Positions 1 to 7,559 of a stretch of 12,390 nt of DNA are shown here, piece by piece (the first letter of the stretch is position 1; every line of letters starts with the position of its first letter). Under the pieces are notes generated by a model that did no database searches, was not told the origin of the DNA, and was given only the letters and a program-made list of their open reading frames with translations. Location: assembly GCA_037447605.1 (NCBI GenBank), contig JBBHKD010000042.1:1-12390 (forward strand), given 5' to 3'. This DNA is from Zygnema circumcarinatum SAG 698-1b (lineage: Eukaryota > Plantae > Zygnematophyceae). The position numbers and the translations under genes were made by a program.

Positions 1-964
1 CTAATGCTGCACAAACAGATTTGCGACACAGACTTTTTTGTCTTTTACTCTTTTGCACCGAAATTCTCCAGTCACTCTACAGTGAGTCCGCGTATGCACA
101 AAAAGTTTGAGTCAATTAAGTGTTGTCCTATTCAGATACATGACGTTTTTGTGACATGTGCAATAAGTTGTGTCTCCCATACATGTCCATCCGTCACATA
201 ACTTTTTTGTTTACTCTCCTGCATGTGGGGTCAGTGTCACTCTAACAGTGAGTCTGCTGTATGCACAAAAAGTTTGAGTCAATTAAGCGTTCTCCCTATT
301 CAGATATGGACGTTTTTGTGAGCAGAGTAAGGAAGTTGCGTCCTATACATGTCCACTCCGTTACAGAAAACTTTTTTGTCTTTTACTCTTTTGCACTGAA
401 ATTTCTCAGTGTTACTCTAGAGCGAGTCTGCTGACTGCATAAAAAATTTGAGTTAATTAAGGTGTTCCCCAATCAGATATGGACGTTTTTGTGACACGTG
501 CAATAGGTTGTGTTCCTATACACGTCCACTCCGTTATACATCACTTTTTTGTCTTTTATTCTTTTGCACCGAAATTTCTCAGCGTCACTCTACAGTGAGT
601 CCGCCGTATGCACAAAAGGTTTGAGTCCATTAAGCGTTCTCCCTATTCAGATATGGACGTTTTTGCGACACGTGCAATAAGTTGCGTTCCTATACATGTA
701 CACTCCGTTATACATAACTTTTTTGTCTTTTACTCTTTTGTATTGACATTTCTCAGTGTTACTTTACAGCGAGTCCGCCGACGATAAAAAGTTTGAGTCA
801 ATTAAGTGTTCTCCCTATTCAGATATGGACGTTTTTGTGACACGTGCAATAGGTTGCGTTCCTATACACGTCCACTCCGTTATATATAACTTTTTTGTCT
901 TTTACTTTTTTGCACCGAAATTTCTCAGCGTCACTCTACAGTGTGTCCGCCGTATGCACAAAAA

Positions 965-2275
965 AATTGAATTGATTTGTCGTTCTCCCTATTCAGATAT
1001 GGACGTTTTTGTGACACGTGCAATAGGTTGCGGTCCTACACACGTCCACTCCGTTATATATAACTTTATTTTCTTTTACTTTTGTGCACCGAAATTTCTC
1101 AACGTGTGTCAAGTGTGTGTCCGTCGTATGCACAAAAAAGTTTGAGTCCATTTGGCTTTCTCCGTATTCAGATATGGACGTTTTTGTGACACGTGCAATA
1201 GGTTGCATTCCTACACACGTCCACTCCGTTATATATAACTTTTTTGTCTTTTATTCTTTTGCACCGAAATTTCTCAGCGTCACTCTACAGTGAGTCCGCC
1301 GTATGCACAAAACGTTTGAGTCCATTTGGCGTTCTCCTTATTCAAATATGGACGTTTTTGTGACACGTGCAATAAGTTGCGTTCCTATACACGTCCACTC
1401 CGTTATATATAACTTTTTTGTCTTTTACTTTTGTGCTCCGAAATTTCTTAGCGTCACTCTACTGTGTGTCCGCCGTATGCACAAAACGTTTGAGTCCATT
1501 TGGCGTTCTCCCTATTCAAATATGGACGTTTTTGTGACACGTGTTATAGGCTGCGTTCGTATACACGTCCACTCCGTTATACATAACTTTTTTGTCTTTT
1601 AGTTTTGTGCACCGAAATTTCTCAGCGTTACTCTAACACTGAGTTACTGTTTTGCCACAAAAAGTTTGAGTCAATTAAGTGTTGTTCGATTCATACATGC
1701 ATGTTTTTGATAATATTGCGCAATAAGTTGTGTTTTCCCATACATGTCCATCTCCGTTATATATAACTTTTTTGTCTTTTACTTTTGTGTTCGAAAATTT
1801 AGCGTCACTCTTCTGCGTGTCCGCCGACTGCACAAAAAGATTGAGTTCGTTTGGCGTCTCCCTATTCAGATACTGCACGTTTTTGTGACATGGCGCTATA
1901 GGCTGCCGCTCCAGTACACATCCACTCTGTTATATATAACTTTTTTGTCTTTTAGTTTTGTGCACCGAAATTTCTCAGCGTCACTCTACAGTGAGTCCGC
2001 CGTATGCACAAAAAGTTTGAGTCAATTTGGCGTTTTCCCTATTCAAATATGGACGTTTTTGTGACACGTGCAATAAGTTGCGTTCCTATACATGTCCACT
2101 CCGTTATACATAACTTTTTTGTCTTTTACTCTTTTGCACCGAAATTTCTCAGCGTCACTCTACAGTGATTCCGCCGTATGCACAAAATGTTTGAGTCAAT
2201 TTGGCGTTCTCCTTATTCAGATATGGACGTTTTTGTGACACGTGCAATAAGTTGCGCTCCTATACATGTCCACTC
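965..2275. repeat. Satellite block duplicated at about 7995-9300 (part of a ~7.0-kb higher-order repeat)
   Basis: Private monomer variants occur in the same order at offset 7025-7030: AATTGAATTGATTTGTCG, CTCAACGTGTGTCAAGTGTGTG, TTTGGCTTTCTCCGTA, CGTTTTCCCTATTCAAAT, TACAGTGATTCC. ORFs 993-1208 and 8023-8238 give identical translations. Confidence 0.92.
2271..2275. other. 5-bp target-site duplication CACTC (left copy, element 1)
   Basis: The satellite reads ...CATGTC-CACTC-CGTTATAC. CACTC precedes the element at 2271-2275 and follows it at 7555-7559, where the satellite resumes in register. A 5-bp TSD is typical of Ty1/copia elements. Confidence 0.93.
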
Positions 2276-3053
2276 TGCTGCATTCCATGGTGAACTACCC
2301 TCGGTAGAGTTGCTTTGATCCGGTTGAGTTGTAGACATCTTCGGAGAACCGCTCCGTGAAAGGAAAGCTCAAGATAGACTGCAAAAAAGCAAGAATGCCA
2401 AGATAGAGAAAGCCCTTACCTGTATAAAAACTCTGATTTTCTTTGGAGGTGAAGTACAACAGATTCAAGCAGCCCCTGGCTTCTTAATTGCAGCTTGCAC
2501 TACCCCACTTCCTCTTTCCCAAGACTGGCAGCACTACTCCTCTCCTTACTAGAGGCTCGGCCTCAATCCTTGTTACACACCCCATGCAATGCTGGATTAG
2601 GTTTTCATCTCTGAGGACGCTACTCTCTACACACTTCCTACGACTAAGCTGGACGCTGGTGCTGCCCTGTGGGCCGCCACGCCCGCCTGAGCGAGTGCAT
2701 GGAGCCCGGAGCCAGCCGCCCAGGAGCCAGCTTGCCCTGCGACCCGGTCCTCCCATATCTGCGCGCCAGAGCCCGCCGGAAGCGGGTTCGCGCGCAGCTT
2801 CCGATGACGGACTGCGCGCCGCACCTTGCGGCATCGACCGCCAGTCGGGAGCACGGCTCGCGGTGCCGCGCGTGCCCGCGCCACATGTTGATTCGCCGCC
2901 CGCCTTGCTGCGACATCTTGCTTCGCATCGGCACCAGACTGTCGCGTCATATCACCTGTCGCGCGCCAGCCGAGCGCTTTGACGTTCCTTGCCGAGTTCA
3001 TTATTTGTTAGAGACTGTGTGTCAACGCTGCACGGCCTCTAGGCCCGATAACA
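2276..3053 (-). repeat. 3' LTR of element 1 (LTR A, 778 bp)
   Basis: On + it begins TGCTGCATTCCATGG and ends AGGCCCGATAACA. It aligns along its length with 6743-7554, with many substitutions and small indels. It is flanked by the TSD and the PPT. Confidence 0.9.
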
Positions 3054-3062
3054 TTCCCTCTT
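3054..3062 (-). other. Polypurine tract (element 1)
   Basis: Minus strand reads AAGAGGGAA directly before the TGT of the 3' LTR. The copy-2 equivalent is AAGAGGGGGGAA. Confidence 0.8.
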
Positions 3063-3213
3063 GGGGCCCCACACTAACTGACCGAGATCCGCAGGACATT
3101 TTCTTCCACGTGATTGGCCCTTTGATCCCCCTGGTCCGTCTAGTTTTTCTATTCATAAACGACTCCGCCCGCCCCCACGGGGTCCGTGCCACTGGTGCTG
3201 GGTCTGGATACGC

Positions 3214-3300
3214 TCACCCTGTTATGAAGATCGTGATCCTGGAGCAAGCTCGATTGATGAGCTGAAGCCGCGTGCGTGAAGATACGCGTCTCCTGATGAA
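3214..3300 (-). pseudogene. Possible RNase H C-terminal remnant
   Basis: My minus-strand translation FIRRRVSSRTRLQLINRACSRITIFITG* resembles the copia RNase H tail pattern FIRE.V....I.L.Y.....Q.ADIFTK. It lies about 150 bp from the PPT, where that motif is expected. Weak match judged by eye. Confidence 0.4.
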
Positions 3301-4149
3301 GATCTGGCCGTATTCGTATCACTTATATCCGGGTCACTCCTCCAATCTGTGGCCGTGTGTCCGTACACGGGACCGCAGCTCCCCCTCTCAAATCGGACTC
3401 CATTTGTGAGACCGTGCCGATCGAGCATCGAGATGCTTGATTGATCCCCACCGCGCCCGCGCTGACACCTTCCCGTCGCAAGCACAGCGGGTCCGCGCGC
3501 GCCCCTTCCCTCCAGGCGTCCATCATGAGATGATGCGCGCTCTCACTCCCGCGCTCTCGCTTCCTCCCGCTGTGTCGGAGTCCGTTGGCGGCTCCTCAAA
3601 GTGTACCATGTGGCCGTCGGCCATCTTCGCGAAGTCCGCTGAGTCGAGGGGTAATCGGTCTGAATTCCCCTCCGTGCTCCTATGCGTCGGCCTCCTCGTT
3701 GGTCGCTGTTCCCACTCCCCATACCTGTCTGGTATCTCCCCTGTCCCTAGGGGGTTGGCGTGGAGCCAAAGCTGGGTGTAAAACCCCTTTGGCGTGTGCC
3801 GAGAAGGGATGGTTCTTGACCATGCCTAGGTAGCCACTTGCTGGGTACCTGGTTGCCGGTGCCACTTCCGCGTTCTCCTCTGTCATGACTTGACCGTGAT
3901 GGTCAGAGTCGTCGTCGGGTAGGTCGTCTTTGCGCTGTTCCTCCTGGAATGGCGATTCGGGCTGTTCCCCCCCTTGGGAATGCCGATGTGGGCTGTTCCT
4001 ACCTGGAAAGCCGGTCCTCCTCATTGCAGCGCCTCGGTGCGCTGCAGTGGCTTTAGCTGATGCTGGATCGTTGAGTCCAACGGAGTGGACGCTGGTGGGG
4101 CAGATCCTCACCTCCCGGGATCCCCCCCTCTCAAGAGGAGAAACGTCAT

Positions 4150-4896
4150 GACCGGGAGCGGCTCCTCTTGAGGCCGCGCGTGCTGCTCTCCTTGGTGCTC
4201 TCCTCTTCAGGTACCTCCTTGGAGTCTTTCAAGGCGCTGAGGGACATCTTCTTCCGGGGTGTAGGCTGCTGTAAGATCGCTTCTTCCTTGAGGGCTAGCG
4301 CGCTGAAGCCTCGACCTCGTCATGTCGCTTAGGGAATGGTCCCGTTTCTTTGGCTGCGCCGTGCTCAGTGGGCTATACGGGGCCGTGAACGCGTTTTGGA
4401 ATCCCAAGGGACTGTGAATATTCAGAGGGCTGAAGGGATCTACTCTCTCTCCCCCATTATCCATCCTGAATCTCTGAATTCTCCCGGACTACCTTTCTGC
4501 CTCTATCTGTCAAGCAGGAAAGGTCCCTAATGCCACGCTCTTTTGCGCCAACTGCTCAGTCCAGACTATCCTTGAGTAGTGATCAAGAATGTGATCATGT
4601 ACCTTCGCTCCTCCGTTCGGTGTGATCGGTCCACAGTGATCGCTGCAAGCCGGTTCTAACCTCCGTGTCACGCGGTACTCCACCGCGCCGTGGGTCGTGA
4701 AGGGATGACGGTGAATTTGCCGCCGTTTAGTGGGGGCAGTCGTCACCCGTCTTCGTGTGTGTCGTGAAGGGGAGCGTCCCCTTACGAGACTCTGCGTCGC
4801 GGGTTTCTTCAGACCGCTGTACGCCACGTGGCCAAGTCGCCGGTGCCAAAGCTGGGACGAATTGGAGGTCCGTCTGTACGGACTCGTTTCCCCCAT
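4150..4896 (-). pseudogene. Copia GAG-pre-integrase plus integrase core, frameshifted
   Basis: LWHRRLGH (4828-4851), HRHPF, CSDHCGP, LDHYSRIVW, MDNGGE (4447-4464), TAPYSP and DMTRSRL match copia motifs (WHxRLGH, HSDxCGP, DDYSR, SDNGGE, TAPYxP, EMARSML). They are split across ORFs 4510-4896 and 4207-4464. Confidence 0.88.
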
Positions 4897-5169
4897 TGAA
4901 TGTCGGCTCCGTACTCGCCTGAGTAAAATTTCGCGCGCCGCCCGGGGCCGCGAACATTTGTCGACTTGTCACGTCACGGCGTGAAGGTTCGTCGCGCGAC
5001 CAAATTTCGGGCTCCGTCCTTAGCCGCTTTCGCATGAAAAATTGTCCGTACAATTTCCGACTTCGAATTCGCCGCGCGCGATGTCGGTGTCGCGCGTGGT
5101 TTCGATTCGCGTCTGCCGCGCCGGGACCTTCGCGGTTCGGAAATGGCCGCTCCCATCGTCGGCTCGGCC

Positions 5170-5335
5170 AGGTCCATGGTTGCTGGGTGCGCTGCGTATA
5201 GCGCATCTGTCAGCGTCGTGATCATCTTGATCGCTCCCCAGAGCGATCGGGGTGCGTTCCTGCCCACGCTTTTTGCGTGCTTGCAGGTTTCCGGTCGTGG
5301 GGCGTGCTGTCCGAAGCGTTCCGATGCTCCCCCTT
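5170..5335 (-). pseudogene. Possible copia aspartic protease remnant
   Basis: GAIKMITTLTDALYAAHPATMDL (LTDALY at 5196-5213) resembles GxIxL...LxDVLYVP.L..NL. EGGASER upstream loosely resembles DSGASxH but lacks the catalytic Asp. Its position between gag and integrase fits. Confidence 0.35.
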
Positions 5336-6125
5336 CACGCATGCTGCGCTCAGCACGCGTGGGTCTTGCTGCTCGCGTTCTCTGTGACGCGGGCAGGTAT
5401 TCGGTCATTGCAAGCGCTGTCGATAGCGCATGCAGCTCCGTCGTCGCAAGTGCTCCCCGTGGCCTTGCGCTCCCCGATGATGCCGTCGCGCTTCGCACTG
5501 CGCGTACACATCTGCGCGGGTGCTGCGCGCGCTGTCGATGGCGCGCGTGACTCCGCCGTTGCGGGCAGCCTCCAAGGTGCTCGCTGATTTGAAGATACTC
5601 GCACCATCCGTGGTGCGGGTAAGGTTGCGGTCGTTGCGTGCGGTGTACGTAGCGCATGCAGCTCCTCCGCTTTCGCCCGTGCTGCGCTCAGCTCGTGCGG
5701 TTCTTTGTCACTGCTCCTCGCGTTGTGAGCAGGACTACGGTCCGTGAGCGCGCTGTCGTTAGCGCGCGTGGTCCGCCTTCGCGCTCCCTCCCCGAGGTGT
5801 GCGCGGATCTTCTGCTCGTCGCGCTGGCCGTGGCGCGGGCAGGCTCCTTGATTGTTGAGCGGGCCGTGAGACTCGCGTCAATCCTTCGTGTGTGCTCCCA
5901 GCACGCACGGCTTCATTGCTCCTCGGACAGTTCGTCGTGGGGGCAATTATATAGTAGCTGAGTGCACTATCGTAGGTGCACGTTGCTCCCCTTCGCGTGT
6001 GCTCCCAGCACTCGCGGCTTGGCTGCTCGTCACGCCATCCGTAGCGTGGGCAGTTTGGCGGCAGCTTGAGCGCGCTGTGGGAAGCGTGCGTTGCTTTGCC
6101 GCCTTCGTGTGTGCTCCCTTAGCAC
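5300..6125. repeat. Degenerate GC-rich internal tandem repeat, ~110-bp period, about 7-8 units
   Basis: CCTTCG(T/C)GTGTGCTCCC occurs at 5883, 5990 and 6102, with a looser CCTTC anchor at 5332 and 5776. GCGCTGTCG(A/T)T(A/G)GCGC-like motifs have their central T at 5424, 5539, 5650 and 5760. Spacings are 107-115 bp. Confidence 0.7.
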
Positions 6126-6811
6126 ACGTGATTGCGACTGTCTCCCGTGCAGTCGCATGTAGAGTGTCCCGGTGGCTCCCACTTGTAGCAAAGGGTCTCC
6201 TTGTCTTTGCCGATGCCGTCCTTTTTTGGTGCGCTGGAGGGCGGTCCGTTGCCCAGGGCAGCCTTCTTGGTGCGACATTTGACTTCAAGGTGATCGTTCC
6301 TCTTGTTGTAAGTGCAGAATTCGTCCGGCGCTTCACTCGTCTTTTGAGGCCTCCGCTGCTCGACCGCCATCACGTCCTCAAAGCTGGTCTTCTCCGTCAC
6401 TTGAATGAAGACTGTTTTGTCGATATTGATGGTGTCGTAGATCTTGGCGAGCTTCTCCCACATTGCGTAGGCAGACTGTAGCACCCGAAGTATCTTTGCA
6501 GGGTTCCCTCTGACGCTTGAGGCAATGAGCTGCCTCACTCGAGCGTCCTTCTTCGTCCATGTTGATAGCTCGTCGGCAGTCATGGTCGAATCCTCGGTCG
6601 GTGGTCTGATGCTCCCGTTGACATACTGAACCAGATCCTTGGTCTGTAGAAGGGTCATCATGTGCCACCGCCAGCCCTTGTAGTTAGTACCTTTAAAGAT
6701 GGGAATAGTATGCCGAATGTCTCCATCAGCTCTGATACCAATTGTTGGTAATTCCATGGTGGAACCACCCTCGACAGAGTCGCCTCCACTCGGCTCTTGA
6801 GTCGTAGACAT
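6119..6811 (-). CDS. gag: Copia Gag (shortened), 230 aa from ATG 6811 or 212 aa from ATG 6757; two degenerate CCHC zinc knuckles
   Basis: IFKGTNYKGWRWHMMTLLQTKDLVQYVNG, WTKKDARVRQLI and SAYAMWEKLAKIY match copia Gag N-terminal and Retrotran_gag_2-type motifs. Knuckles are CTYNKRNDHLEVKC (6275-6316) and CYKWEPPGHSTCDC (6149-6190). The track's start at 6862 is TTG, so the first ATG is 6811. Whether it is expressed is unknown. Confidence 0.8.
   Translation of the reverse strand: MSTTQEPSGGDSVEGGSTMELPTIGIRADGDIRHTIPIFKGTNYKGWRWHMMTLLQTKDLVQYVNGSIRPPTEDSTMTADELSTWTKKDARVRQLIASSVRGNPAKILRVLQSAYAMWEKLAKIYDTINIDKTVFIQVTEKTSFEDVMAVEQRRPQKTSEAPDEFCTYNKRNDHLEVKCRTKKAALGNGPPSSAPKKDGIGKDKETLCYKWEPPGHSTCDCTGDSRNHVC
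6729..6740 (-). other. Primer-binding site complementary to the tRNA-iMet 3' end
   Basis: Minus strand reads ...CCAACA-AT-TGGTATCAGAGC, 2 nt from the 5' LTR end. TGGTATCAGAGC is the classic plant/algal iMet PBS. Confidence 0.93.
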
Positions 6812-7554
6812 CTTCGCAGCAGCTGTTTCGCGAAAGGAAAGCTCAAGACAGATGCAAGACAAGAGACGTCAAGATAGAGAAAGCCCCACCGGGCATAAAA
6901 CTCTGATTTTCTTTGGAGGTGAAGTACAACAGATTCAAGCAGCCCCTGGCTGCTTAATGCAGCTTGCACTACCCCACTTACTATTTCCCAAGACTGGCAG
7001 CACTACTCCTCTCCTTAACTACAGGCTCGGCCTCAACTCGCTACACACCCCCATTGGCATGTGGTATGAGGTTTTTTACTCTGAGGAATGCTACTCTCTA
7101 TATACTTCCTACGACTAAGCTACGTGACAGCGTCCTGTGGACCGGCTTGTCACGCCCGCCCTGAGCGAGTGCATGCAGTCCGCAGCCAGCTGCGCGTTCA
7201 GCAGCCAGCTCGTCTGCGGACCCGGTCTCCTCCATAGTTGGCCGCGTCAGAGCCCGTCGGAAGTAGTGGGTTCGCGCGCCCGTACAGTTTCCGAACTTGA
7301 CGACTCCGCGCGCCCACTCGCGTACGCGCCCGCCCATAGTCGGGACTTAGCGACTCGCGCGCCCGCGCGCGCGCCCGCGTCCGATATGTCGATTCGCGTC
7401 CGCTCGTGCCGATACTCCGTTTCGTATCGGTACCAGAACTTGTCGCGTCACATCTGTTCGCGCGACCAGCCTTGTCGCTTGATGTTCGCGTCTAGTTCAT
7501 TATTCGCTAGAGACTATGCGCCAAACGTTGTACGGCCTCTAGGCCCGTACAACA
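6743..7554 (-). repeat. 5' LTR of element 1 (LTR B, 812 bp)
   Basis: On + it runs TGTTGGTAATTCC...GGCCCGTACAACA, so TGTTG/CAACA form terminal inverted ends. It is bounded by the PBS and the TSD. Confidence 0.94.
7099..7104 (-). promoter_or_regulatory. Candidate LTR TATA box
   Basis: Minus strand reads GGAAG-TATATA-GAGAG mid-LTR, downstream of the GC-rich U3-like part and about 290 nt upstream of the first gag ATG. It is identical in LTR C but reads GTGTGTAG in LTR A. Motif evidence only. Confidence 0.35.
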
Positions 7555-7559
7555 CACTC
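7555..7559. other. 5-bp target-site duplication CACTC (right copy, element 1)
   Basis: LTR end CAACA is followed by CACTC and then CGTTATACATAAC, the satellite continuing in register. Confidence 0.93.

Larger units (their letters stand above)
1..2275. repeat. Tandem satellite array, 174-bp monomer, about 13 copies
   Basis: The motif ATATGGACGTTTTTGTGACACGTG recurs with its first C at 311, 484, 658, 830, 1004, 1179, 1353, 1527, 2054 and 2228 (period 172-175, mode 174). The ORF track shows a matching 58-aa peptide period. A representative monomer is 2097-2270. Confidence 0.97.
2276..7554 (-). mobile_element. Ty1/copia-type LTR retrotransposon, full-span but internally deleted/degenerate (non-autonomous), 5279 bp
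   Basis: Two homologous LTRs with TG...CA ends, 5-bp TSD, PBS TGGTATCAGAGC and a PPT. Minus-strand domain order is gag, zinc knuckles, protease-like remnant, integrase, RNase H-like tail. Integrase upstream of the RT/RH position is the copia order. Confidence 0.93.

Noticed and set aside
756-2064. Satellite ORFs (756-1145, 1084-1293, 1303-1602, 1744-2064; also 7636-8980) as protein genes
   Set aside because: They arise because the monomer is a multiple of 3 and a stop codon is polymorphic. Frames switch at 1-bp indels and no domain is recognisable. Kept only as a low-interest finding.
1-2275. CRISPR array, or tandem 5S rRNA, tRNA or spliced-leader genes
   Set aside because: The whole 174-bp unit repeats with no unique spacers and there are no cas genes. 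I see no 5S or tRNA structure or recognisable conserved sequence, and the context is eukaryotic (copia element).
2484-3265. Several 96-198 aa ORFs on both strands over LTR A
   Set aside because: They lie in GC-rich LTR sequence where stops are rare, have Arg/Ala/Pro-rich composition, and are not kept in LTRs B and C.
3930-4151. Plus-strand peptide ...GQILTSRDP..., resembling the copia post-integrase TSRDV motif
   Set aside because: It is on the strand opposite to gag and integrase and is not preserved in copy 2, so it is likely coincidence.
5407-5440. CAIDSAC as the protease catalytic DSG motif
   Set aside because: It lies within a repeat unit, in a different frame from LTDALY, and too far from it (about 70 codons).
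4974-5657. 227-aa minus-strand ORF as an intact extra gene; ATTELHALSTALAMTEYL as an RNase H helix
   Set aside because: It is low-complexity GC-rich sequence. ELHAL belongs to the ~110-bp repeat and recurs, and the position upstream of integrase is wrong for copia RNase H. Only the protease-like part is retained, at low confidence.
5888-6481. 197-aa plus-strand ORF
   Set aside because: Antisense shadow of gag and the GC-rich repeat, with no recognisable domain.
6852-7118. Identical 88-aa ORFs at 6852-7118 and 9410-9676 as a conserved gene
   Set aside because: The identity simply reflects the identical LTR segment, and the frame is not intact in LTR A.
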